Shown: piece after piece, positions 28,831-41,465 of the stretch
How positions within the stretch are numbered: position 1 is the first letter of the stretch
Layout: each line of letters begins with the position of its first letter
NCBI GenBank assembly: GCA_003344405.1
Contig: NOWV01000019.1
Location: 806,001-851,070 of the forward strand
DNA length: 45,070 bases
Origin: Trichoplax sp. H2
Taxonomy: Eukaryota
Reading direction: 5' to 3'
Made by a program: the position numbers and the translations under genes
Notes under the pieces: generated by a model
Seen by the model: the letters and a program-made list of their open reading frames with translations, nothing else
Told to the model about the DNA's origin: nothing
The model's database searches: none

Positions 28831-31800
28831 CGATAGATTTTTATTCTTAAAATAAATATAATATTGATAAACTCTTCGTCTCCTGCAATATTTTATTTCC
28901 CTTTATTTCAATATTCTTATCTTCATTGCAAACAGCAAAAGCATGTATTCTATCATTTCTTCATTCCCTGAAGGCTTCTCCACATGTATCCTAATACATC
29001 GGATCGAAACAAATAATAGCAATTCGATAGTCAATCCTATCTTCCTAAACTAATTGTCAATCCACTCTCCTATAAGCATTAAATTGGTGACCTTTTCACT
29101 GTTACACTGATGCATTATTTAAAAAGCGGCCGAGCCTGATTTATCCATGACAGAAATATTAATTTGCTATCTCTGTTAGATATAAATTAATTAAAATTCA
29201 GGTGTACATTTGCAATACATCTTAAATATATCTATTCATGATTAGATGATCAAACACCCCTGATTTATCAAATGATGTTTAAAGTAATTTACAACCGATG
29301 AATCAAAATCATATGACGTATAATCCCCTTATAATCTGATTCTGACATTAAGGATGAATTAGAACGTTTTGTAAATCTTCGAAATTGAAGACAATAATCA
29401 TCTATCATGATCAATTTAATAATTTGACAGCTATTAGTGTTTTCACGATATTGTTACAACTTTTAATCAATTTGTTTTTTCATCATGAATAGATGCAATC
29501 ATGATTACTAGGAATAGAAGAATCAAATAGTAAAGCAAAAAACAATGATAGAAAAGAGATTATCTTGGCGCTTATCCCCTTATTAAGAAATAAACAAAAG
29601 AAAGTTATAAGAAATCCAATTTACCACATAGAGTGTGGATAATAATTAACTTGAAGTTTTTGTCTAATCAAGTTCAATTTAGTTAGCATTGTTTTTTATT
29701 GCTTATTGACTTTGTTCAAACTAATCGGCCTTTGATTCATGTGTACATTTATGATTAAATTTTATAAAACATATTGAAAAAAACAATTCATATCTACGAT
29801 CGGTCTCAAATATAAATTATTGATGAGACCGAAAATACTGCTAATTTCCATACCCTAATAGATAAGGTATTTCCACTTTACATACGACGATAATCATGAT
29901 CATTCCTAACTGCTTAATTAATTTTGAACTTTTACTGGATCCTAATGGTCTTTATTGATAATACTGGTGTTATATCTCAATTTGATAATGGTAATGGAAA
30001 AATAAAGGCTAAGTATCGTTGTTGCTATTATATAAGAGGAAAGAGGCATAACCCCAATTATCAATCACTGCACAGTATGGAATATTGTCGGTGTCCTAGG
30101 CTAATTTGCCGTTAAAGTAATTATATTGTATTAGATTCATCAATTAAACCTTACATTGATTATTATAAAAGATACCAGACGACGCCGATCCAAGCTAATA
30201 TAAAAGCAACAGACTAAAAGGTGTAAAAAAAATTACATCAACATGTACGTAAAGTTATTTATCTTGCATTTACTGCCAATCATCTATCATAATTTGAAGT
30301 TGTAAATGAGTTCACTTAATCCACATTTTAAATGCAGCATTTTCTGCTTGCTATGCTACTATGATGATACTTACGTATGTATGAAAAAAAATTTATCATG
30401 ATATTATCAAGTCTTTTAGAATATTTAATCCATTGTCAACAATAAGAGGAAAAGTTCAATATCAACTTTGATGATAGTTGCTAAATGTCAATCAATTAAA
30501 CAATAACCAGACTGCATCCACCTATGCTGCAATTCTGTTCCTTTTACCGGAGCTTATAGCTAATATTTTATGCCGTAATGTTCTAAAGTAACAATAATAA
30601 TAACGGATAATCCCATCATTTTACATGTATATCGATGTGATATTTCTAAAGATCAAATTGCTATAACAAGTATCGATTGGATGTAATCATCCAATCTTTA
30701 CACTACAATTAGATAGACATAATGCAATTGAACCCTTACAATTTGATTATGACTAAATTAGTACAATCGATTATACGATTAATCCCCATCTTATTCTATA
30801 GTTATCTTAGACAATTAGTTATTGCTAATCGAATTTACCCGTAAACAATATATTGATGAGTTTAATTGTTCTCTTGCAGACAGTCGCCTAAGAATAATAG
30901 TTCAAGTAAAATGGTAGAAATAGATTCATAGCGATCAGCATGCTACAGACATAATTGTTTACTTTATTCATTTAAGTAATCATATCATAGGACAGGTAAG
31001 TCAATTTAAAGGTTGTTTAAGCTATTTTATTTTCACTTATTGCATTTCAATCGTACGGACAAGATCTCAATCCGTCTACTCCAGTCAACTCTACTAAAAG
31101 CTATCTGTAAGTCCTGATATTAATTATTATTGCATAAAAGTTGTTGTTAGCCAATTAATCAGACAGCTCATCTGACTACATACCGTAGTAATTCATTAAT
31201 TCTAAATACTGCTTAAGATTTTATTTTGTTAGCAACAAGAATCTGAGTCACGACAGTCTAAATACGAGCTCAATTATTATTTTCTTCCAGCGAAAAATTA
31301 AACCAGGATACCTTATGATATGAGTTATCCACTAGTTTTCTATAGGTTTGATAGATATCTAGTGTAATTATCAACATAGATCAAATTAACTATATTCTGA
31401 ATATTTTTACGTCATTAGAAATTAACTTAAAAGGACAAATTTGCTTAAAGATATCAGGGCTAATTTTTAAATTGATTAATTTAGCCTTTTATAAGTATGT
31501 AATCAAATTATAGTCTATGCCCTTGAAATCTCAATTATAACATCTTAAATTGCGTACGTGCATATCATTCGACTTAACATCGACGGAAATTGAGTATATC
31601 ATTTATCGATCTGAGCATGCAATCTATATGTCAGATTGCATTAACCATACCGTATGATATATTTGGCAAGTTGGTCATTATGAGTGGAAATAACCAAATG
31701 CATAGTATAGTAATGTTTTGCTCAACTTGTTTGATCTCTACCTATTATATTGACAAAAGAGCTGATGAGCAGCTATTCTTTGAAGATACGTCACAGTAAT

Positions 31801-34800
31801 TGTTCTCTGAGAGTAAATACGTCGATATGTATGTCATCAGAATTCTATGTCAGGGTGAATGCAGTGAAGAGATCAAAAGTGTCTAATCTCTTCTAAAGTC
31901 TCTTGGGATTTAATAAATAGTGTAGAATAAATAATGCCAATGATTCAAAATTAAAGCAAAGCATGTCATAAGCTGTCGCCAATTACATCATCAAACAATT
32001 AAAGGAGCAGAAGTAATGATATCATAGTCGGTCAGTTACATACTCGTGCAGGTCTTGAAGATAACTCTGTTTAAATCTTAATTTTAATCTTAGTATTGCA
32101 GCTAGTTAAACACGTTTACTTAATATTCTGATTTTCTAGATTTGCCACTCAATAGCAATAATAACAATTTAATGTACACGATTATGAATTATCTACTAAT
32201 CTGACAAGTTCCCTATCCCGTTGTAATACTTGTAACAATCAGATTAGAATAGAATGAACAGCTTATCAAGTAATACTGTAATATATACCCTATACTATTA
32301 TAATTTTATAACCAATTTATTGCAGAATTATTGCTTTAGCTTTTTTTCAGCCTAATATTACTGTAACATTTCTACATTAATTTATCTACCGATGGAGAAA
32401 ATTTTGAATTGACTCCCATTCAACATGGTAATATACGTTCAAGGGAAAATAAACAATGTGGCAGTTAGTAGTAGTAGCAGCTTTCATATGCCCTACAGAA
32501 AAAGAAAAATTTAATCAGAGAACACCTTGTTCTTTAGCCATGAACAAAGTCATTCATTAAAATCAATGTAAATCACTACCGTTTCCTGCACTGGTAAGAA
32601 TTAATATTTCAGCTGACATATCCTATCCCTATAAAAATTAATGATAATTTGCTTATTGAATAATCTCGATTAATGAATATTCAGCAGCATTTATTGGAAT
32701 AACTGTATAAATTAATTTATTCTTGTTCAAGTCTTTAAAATCTACTATCGGATTCAATTTATACCTTACTTAGCGTATAATGATGCATAATAAAAGAATG
32801 GATAAGAACATTAAATGAGTTCACATCCGCTCATATTTTCCCTTTTTATCTTTAAGCTATGACTGCAATGCATTTTGTGATAATCTGGATAATTTATGAT
32901 TTAAAGAATTCTCTTCGTTTATTAATATCAATTGAGTTACACTCTCCTAGATAGAAATTGCTATTTTTTCCATTAGATTATGATTAGCGGTATAAATTTT
33001 GAAAACGTTCATTATTAATAATCAAATTAAATAGTTTCTACGATTAATTTAATCGATGGGGAAAAAGTTTCTATATAATACAATTTTATATTATGCAATT
33101 AAAGTATACATTTAATTCTAATGGAATTTGGAATAGTTTTCTTTCCTGTGGTCATAAAGCCAGATGCGATTAAAGGAAAATAACTTATTCAAAATCATGC
33201 CTTACATGATAATTTTCAAAAACTAAATTCTACTTCGCAGTCAATCATATTCAATAAGATTATATATATTTACTAGTCATCTATGATTCTTATAATTATC
33301 GATTGAAATACTGTACTATAGGAAGGTAATACAAATATTATAAAGTTTAATGATTTAATCTTTATTTTCGGTCAATTAATTAACCCTATCAAGAACGCAA
33401 ATTTTGAATCATCAAATTAATGATCGTAAAATTGAAGAAAAACGACATCAATTAAGAGATAGAGAACAAAAGTTGAAGCTATTGTTGATCCTAGAGAATA
33501 AGGTATTGATTCATAATGAATCAATCCATGATTAGTAATGTTATATTAGTGTAATCTAGATGAATAAATGTTCATTCTGATAACTTTTTAATCGCGCTTT
33601 TCCATGATAATCCATTGAAGTTAATAGACAATAATCAATAATAGCATCCTAGATAATGGCGTCATGATCACCAACCCAGGTGATTCTTGCTCTTAAAAAC
33701 TTTCCACTGCTGTTAAGACTACCTTTTGTTATAAATTTCATTTGTTCAAAGTATTTTAATGCCAATACATTGAATACATGAAGTAGCTGTGCGCAATAAT
33801 AATTAATTTTATTATTAGAAAGGCAATGAAGAATAATGCGTTTTCATCACAAACAAGCATCATTATACATTACTATACAGCTCTTAAAATTTGATTTAAT
33901 ACTTTTACTACAGTTGGGCATGTTCCCACCAACAAGAGAGACTGGTCTCATTTATTTTTATCTACCTACGACAGTATCAAGATTGATCATAGTATAGTTA
34001 ACGAATATATTATCCATTTGACTAGACCATTTTTAAAGTGAAAATTGCTCGTAAAGTGATTAGGCTACATAACTTTCATTGTAATATTCTTAAGTAATGG
34101 TTAAAGTAAATCCAAAAATAAGAAAATGCTTGAGTAAACGTTCACTTATTTGATCATTCTCCTTTATCTGTAGTCGGACTATTTCATATTCTTGATGATT
34201 TAATGATTTCTACCAGTAAAACATTTAAAAACTGAACCCCCCTGCCAATCTATTCGGAGATTCTAAATGATACCATTGTTGGTTAGCCTTGAAAAAATAA
34301 TTTCAGGTAATTAACTACTTTCCTAGCTGGCGCCATCTCGGCAGGTTTCCACTTGATGGAAATAAGGAATGGGTGTATTAGCTGGACTTTGTTCTACGAT
34401 AACCTAAATTAGATAGAGAGAAAAAATCACCAGGTGATTGAATATAATTGACGTAAATAATAATTAACAATCCAAAACTGTCTCCCTTTCTCCTACCTAT
34501 CAATGACTAACTAAAGATCAAACACAAACCAAATATTGTAAATATTACTCTGATTGAATTATTATTTTACGGTTGCTAACTGAATTGTGCCTATCAGTTA
34601 TGGATAGACTAATTAACGACATTATCTAAGCTTAAAGAAAAAAACGTTTTCATTATAAGCAATTTAATTCCGCCTCTATCTGTTTCCAATCTAATCCAAT
34701 TTACCACAATTGACCTTTACAAACTGATCCTGTAATAACACCAACTTGTTGCAGTTAGATACTATATCTACATTTCCCGCTCATACCTCTGTTTTCATAG

Positions 34801-34940
34801 CGATTACCTTTCTATGTATGTCCTAAGTCTTATTTTTTATCAGAGTATGGTACTTGATTTGATTAATTCAATTCCTATTTTGTTTTTCCTTTATAGAAAT
34901 CTTACTGGTTTTTAAGAAACTTTGCCATATTTTCATCGAC

Positions 34941-37523
34941 ATGGGTCCAAAAAATCATCGTCAAAAATCATCCAAAGGCTATACTATCGATTTACTATTA
35001 AGTGATAGCGAAACAGATGGAAAAGTAAAAGATGGTCAACTTTTTAATGCTGTAGGATATGCCAATAGTCCAGGTAATAAAAACAGCTTTTTCCGCTTTA
35101 CTGTAGTCATATCTAGAGGTGAGCTAATACTACAAGTATCCTATTTCATATTGAAATTCGCATATTAGCATATTAATTGCAATCGTAACAAGTTTGCTCT
35201 ATATTAATAGTATGGATCTACAGATACTCATTTGCTAAGTATTTTATTCAATTTACTTTAGTAACAATCTGTTGATGTTAATTTAGCATATGAAATCCTA
35301 GAGAGGCATCTTGTATTTCATTTAAAGTGATGATCTACTGCCGTTATATAATTACTTAGTCACTATTTCTGGTAACATAATCCTATGGTGACCTTAGCTG
35401 CAGTAGTATAACGATTAAGCAAAAATGCAATAAATTTGAACTTTTTATTGCTTATTAAATGACGCAATATTTTTTTTACTGAAATAATTAACACTTTCTA
35501 CATAATAGCCTTAAATTGCTCGCCATTAGTATAAATTGCGTTAGGATAGTAGTGATGAATGCTGATTATGGGATATTATCAATTCTACTTGCTATCGCAT
35601 TCGCATGAATATTTCTTCCTAATCTCTGTAAATCCAATTAAGATAAAAATTTCTCCTTCCTTGGCGTATAGAAAACGTAATTATTTGATTTTATAGCATC
35701 TCAATTTGTAACTACTTTCAACACTAGATGTCAGCAATAGAGAAAATTTTCTGTTGCTGAATTTGAAAAAGCATAGTTGACAGTATTGCAAACATACTGA
35801 GTAAAATACCGGAGCAGTCAACAATATTATTTTATACTCTAAATTTGTTGCGACCAGGTGTACGTGTAACTGCACAATCTACAGTACATAGTTTAGGTAA
35901 TAGAAGTGGTTATGACTTGACAAGGGGGACAGCGACCTATTCTAGTTGAATCATTAAGAAAAACAATTTGCCTTTGACTGAGAATTAGAATAGCATGTAT
36001 TACAGACCACAGGATTATCCGCCGTATATTTCCAATATTAGTTTTTTCATGATGAAATGGCTATTCTAGATAGAAAATATTTATAATAAGTTGCAATGGT
36101 AGATATTGAAGATCATCGTATTCTGCGTCGCTAGGAAGCATTATTTCGTGTTGTATTCGTTCAATAATGCGAGCGTACTTATTCCTTAAAACCCAAGTAT
36201 CTCGTTGTTGAGTCTTACTGATATCAATAAATGCTAATAAAATCTAAATTACTTTTAAATACATACTTTGAAGAAATAATGTAGCATTTAGCCGTAACTA
36301 TGCATATTGAGATGTTAAAAAAGACTAATGCAGCTTCTTGTTTTGATAATTAAGACAGATAAAAGTAGCAAATGCCGAAGTTCATATTAATAATTAAAAT
36401 GATTAATCATCCCTGTTACATTATTAAAACATTTTAAACTTCTTTAGCAATAATATTAGACTCTGTATTATCATACAACGATGTTCTATGTGTATCATTA
36501 ATTTCCTTGTAAAGTACCGCTACAACTGAATTCTCATGTGAATATTCTTACCTATTAATTATTTGTACCTATATTACTATTGCTTGATTATATTACGTAT
36601 TTGTACTACTGTCTCGTCTCATATTAATCCTTTATCATACATATTATTCCGATAAGTAATATCGTCTCTTGTAAAGTAAAGTAGCAAGTAAATATCAAGC
36701 GATAACATATTATAAGATTTACAGGAGAATACAGAAAAGGATGATCTTGTTTCTACCCATAATTCAATACAATTGACATTCGTTGTCCATTTTCTGTTTT
36801 AGATAGTAGTAAGTCTAGTGGTGATGGCATCGATGAAAGTACAACTACGATGCGTTCAAAGGGTAATAACAGAAAATCGAAGAAGCTTAGGAGAAGTCGA
36901 ACTACCTTTACTACCTTACAACTTCATCAGCTTGAACGAGCATTCGAAAAAACACAATACCCTGACGTCTTTTCACGTGAAGACTTAGCTATGCGATTAG
37001 AACTAACGGAGGCTAGAGTTCAAGTAAGATAATTATGATTTTAATATCATAGACGACGATTGTTAGTCTATGAATGTGATATTACTCATCGCTGTCTCGA
37101 CCATTAATTGTTAATGGCATGAATGGAATTCCAAATATCAAATAGGTGTGGTTTCAAAATCGCCGCGCTAAATGGAGGAAACAAGAAAAAGCCACTGGCC
37201 GAGAAAGTCCTCTTGGAGATTATCCCCTTGGGCAAAATGTTCAAGAAGGTCAATTACGAAGTTCGAATGGTTATGAAGGAGTAGTATTTTCAGGATATCC
37301 GTATAAATCGGCAGTTCCATTAGTAACTACCATGACAACTGCATATCCATATAATACCAACATTAATTCAGTGGCACGTTTTGGTCATCAGATACCATAT
37401 ATTGATTACTCGAAGGCAACTTATATGAAAGAGTTAGCAGCTTTGGCAAACACTACACCAGGCATTTATAACGGTCCTGCTATCGCTAATTATATTAACG
37501 GGCTTCACGTAATTCGCAATTAA
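34941..37523 (+). CDS. hbn: Homeobrain (PRD-class Q50 homeodomain protein with N-terminal octapeptide/eh1-like motif), 3 coding exons, about 243 aa
   Basis: Exons 34941-35073 (alternative donor at 35118, same phase 1), 36803-37023 and 37146-37523. Exon 1 has the octapeptide-like YTIDLLLS. Homeodomain [60 protein letters not shown] has Hbn-type [27 protein letters not shown] and REDLAMRL, unlike Rx (RRNRTT, KSHYPDVY) or Arx (RRYRTT, KTHYPDVF). Confidence 0.9.
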
Positions 37524-39110
37524 GTAAATTAGTTGATAGTATTAGATCGATTACATCTTAGATAATTTACTAAGTCAATGCATTTGACAAATCGCATTTG
37601 CGTATTTAATGATAGGTGCATTTGTTTCCATAGCATTGGAAAAATATGATTTTATTTTTGTTACGTAAACTACAATGATATTTCGTACCGCAATACCGTG
37701 CTTAAACTCTAGAATTTAGAAAAAGATGATATGCGACCTGTGTCTAATTTACTATAGTTCAGTTAGATAATACGTCAATTATAATCGAAATCCGAGTTCT
37801 ATTTTATTTATTTATTTTCTGTATATTCCAAATGTGTAATCAATTAGGCAACAAAGCTATCATTTATTTATCCTTATCTATTTGTTTATCATACGAGAAT
37901 CTAGATTTTCAATTTAATCTATTCATTAATTTGTCAACCAAGTGTTTAATTAATAATACCAATGTGCATAGAATGATATATTTTATTCTTGATCCAGTAA
38001 TCGATCTCATACTGGGTATTTGCGTTAGTTTGATATCTTAAGCGTATGCGTACATACATATATCGCCGTATATATTCTTATCCTATATATCAAATCCGTG
38101 ATGTGAGCAATCCGCTGTAGCAACTATCCATCTGCTAGATCTGCTTACGGCAACAGATTTAGCAAATAATAACGACATTACTTTGCACTTTTACACTTTT
38201 GACGTAGCCCCTGCATAACTATAGCTGTAATATTCATGTTATTACCATTTAACGTGGTGTCTTCATTATCTTAATCTGCTCGATATTTGATACGCCTGAT
38301 TATAACTTCACACTAACTGCATTATTAAGGTAAAGTACGTTGATCATTATTAACTTACGAAGCCTAAGCATTCATTCTTATGATTATATTCGCCGAATAT
38401 AGCAATGTTTGTGATAATTTATGGTTAATTATATTTACTACTATGAAGGTCTAACTTTTTTATAGATTTCAGTAACTATGTCACCATTACAGTCTACTCG
38501 TGTCTGCTATTTTCATTAGTGTTCAACGTAACCGCACTATGCTTTAGCATTTCTCCGCTAAAATTCTTTTTAGGGATTTAGTCATTAAATTTAATTTATT
38601 GCTGCTCTATTTTTTTTAACTCTGAAGAAAAATACCCCAATTCATGCTGGCCGAAAAATATTTTTAATTTCAATAAAGTTCATTGATACATTGCACTCTA
38701 CAATTGGTTGTTGAAGTTGTATTGACTTTAATCGCCAGACAGAAGACGCAGTCAACCATATCTATATCCTATTCTATATATTAAGGCTAATCTTATAAAT
38801 TATGAACAACATACATCAGTTGCAATTGTACAATGGATTCTTTACAAGCAATGATTTTATCAAAAATATTGGCGTCGAGCAAATTGCGATGCAAATAAAG
38901 TGTTGTCGTTCCATCTTTAACTAGACAAACATCGAAAGACACTTTATCGAGACTTAAAGGTCTGTGCATAGGACATGCGTATAATAGATTTTAAAACTGC
39001 ATGAAACGACCATCTGTTTATATGAATATAGTTACTACCATAACAATTAATCATTAACTTAGTTCGATAAATTCACAAATAAAGATATACGATTATCGTG
39101 CGCATTGAAA

Positions 39111-41465
39111 TTATGAAAGTTTAAGTTTTTTGGTACTATTTCCAGTCTCAAAAGAACTTAATTCTGAAATATTTGGAGCGGCATCTCGTATTCCACTAGT
39201 CTAAAATCGTAAAGTAATGATAAGGATCAGTGAGAACAATTGTCAACTTAATATATTTCAATGATTGTACTTCCTATCATGATATTAACCTTGATCTGAA
39301 AAGACACGGTGGCATTTTGCTTCTGCGGTGATTTATATAAGCGAGCGTATCTACGCCAAGATAAATTACAACATACTCTATATTAGTGCTAATGAAGGTA
39401 CATTTTATTCAAGTAGAATTTACCTGACGCCGTTTTCCATAAATAGGATGGTACGATTTGCACACGTGTGACCCCAAGTCTCTCCTATGTGTTATATGAT
39501 CAATTAATGAGTGAAATTGTTACTTAATTTAGTACTTATTGCCTGCATTATACTTTGTACCTAAAGCTGGTAACAACTGACTTGAATCAGAGTTGGAATT
39601 GAATCTCATCGTAATATGATTGGTTAGTACAACCTATATAAGATATCGAATAATTTAGAAGTATAAAAGGGGGTTGTCAATAGATCAATCTTAAATTAAT
39701 GATGAAAACTCTTACCGCCAGTTCGTGATCAGTTGCGATGCGGATCAGTTGTTGTGCAATTCCATTTAATACTCTTGTTCTCATTACCAAGTCATCGAAA
39801 GAGTAACGAAAGGGAGAAGCGATACTATCCACAATAATTAATCGGACCTAGTATAGTTGATACACTACAGACTTTGTAATTCTCCAGGCAGGGTTATGAC
39901 ATTCATCTTAAACTTTGATTATTCTATTCTCGCTATCAAGTCATACCTTTCTACTTCTTTCTTGAATAAAATCTTCTAAAATGTTTACAGTTGCTATTAC
40001 TTCCAAATAGTTCAGACAGCGGAAACAGTAGATATGCTCCATGATAAATTCAGGAGTAAAAGTTGATAGTTTTGACGCTGATTCTAATGTATATATATAT
40101 ATATATATATATATTTATGAAGACAAATATCCTTGCTTTTATACCCATCTTGAAAATAAGAGTAAGCATATAAACCTGCCCATAACCTTTATGACCTTTA
40201 ATATTTTGTCTCGCTTCTTTAATACAAATCAATAAGGAGTCTTACCTTTATCATCATTTTTCTCAACGGTGGCATTTAGATAGCCTACGGTAGCTTTGGC
40301 TATGTCATACAATCTTTCTGGCAAAAAACTACCCTCGGTATCTACCGATTAATATTTACAATTTGCTTGATTTATAAGTATCGTATATACGTATATTAAG
40401 CCATCTCGATCAACTTGAGGCGATATTACGTCTAAACTAAAGTCATATTGATGGGGAAGTACATCTTTCTGAATCGTATTGAATAACGAATGTAACTTAC
40501 CAATGTAAATGACGGATCCATTACATCCGCCACATTCTTCCATAATTTGAGCACTGACAGCCAATTGCATGCTAGAAAATGGTCGTTCAACGCAGTGGAT
40601 GTATCATATCGATTTATTAATTTATTATTAGGCAAGTAATTTTGCAATGTTAAGTGTACTACTATACATGATTCTATTCAATGACAGACAGCCTGTAATT
40701 AGACTTATAGGTAACATAGTAAAAAAAGGAGAAATCATTACAATTATAATTATTATTACTGCTTTTATGCCTATTATAATTATATTATGATGACAAATTC
40801 ATTCCTTTGCTTACCATAGTTGTGTTTTACCAATGCCAGGGGGCCCACAAAACTCTGTAATCTTTCCTAGAGGTATACCACCACCGAGAGCTTGATCTAA
40901 CTTTGCACAAAATGTGACTATAGGATTAAGGTTTTGCTCATTTTCTAGTAGTTGTTGAACTGGGATTAAGGCATCGTCTAATTGCTGAGAAATTTGCGTT
41001 GCATTACGAGCTACTTGGATCATTTGTACTGCATCTGTATGACTGATTCCGGTATCTACGAGATTAATTACATCAAAAGTGGCAACCATAATCTGTCGTT
41101 GTACATGTCTAACTTATCAAGTATGCAATTCTTTTATAAATTAGGGGAAATAGTAAAGACTAGCCCCCATAGTAAGTGCATCGTTACGGCTTTGCTATCG
41201 ATGCAAATGATGTGTTTGCTATACTCGTATGCGTGTATTAGACAACAACACAATTACATACATGATGCTCTACTGTATGCTGTTGTACATTAAGGTAGTA
41301 CACTTAGCCATTATATGCGAACGATGTTAACTATGCAGTTTTCTAACCTTGGCTTAGCTCTAATGGCGTCGATGATAATAAATCTCCGACGGTTTCATAA
41401 CCAGTAGAAGTTAATTTGACAATTTGCCATTGAGGCAGCTTTAGAGAGTTAACCTGTTGCTGCAT
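39111..41465 (-). CDS. RAD51C: DNA repair protein RAD51 paralog C, 10 coding exons, about 359 aa
   Basis: Minus-strand exons 41465-41348, 41055-40815, 40571-40501, 40341-40246, 40083-39947, 39847-39716, 39633-39561, 39484-39424, 39350-39290, 39200-39111 (1080 nt). Walker [26 protein letters not shown], Walker [41 protein letters not shown] and a basic C-terminal tail are characteristic of RAD51C. Confidence 0.95.
40090..40114. repeat. (TA)n microsatellite in RAD51C intron 4
   Basis: About 12 TA units, a few bases from the splice acceptor at 40084-40085. Confidence 0.95.

Noticed and set aside
29800..29832. 9-bp stem hairpin tcggtctca...tgagaccga
   Set aside because: Too short for a structural RNA call and no supporting context.
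31500..33029. Two paired-type homeodomain P3 sites TAATCAAATTA (31500-31510, 33019-33029) upstream of hbn
   Set aside because: Such AT-rich motifs are expected several times by chance in DNA of this composition.
29613..34708. Identical 16-mer aatccaatttaccaca at 29613 and 34693
   Set aside because: A few 16-bp matches are expected by chance in 45 kb of AT-rich sequence.
22202..34940. Expected rx homeobox gene between otp and hbn
   Set aside because: No RTTFT, YPDVY or WFQNRR coding sequence found by eye on either strand; a highly decayed remnant cannot be excluded without a search.
36725..36802. Alternative upstream acceptor for hbn exon 2 (ttacag|36725)
   Set aside because: Introduces an in-frame TGA.
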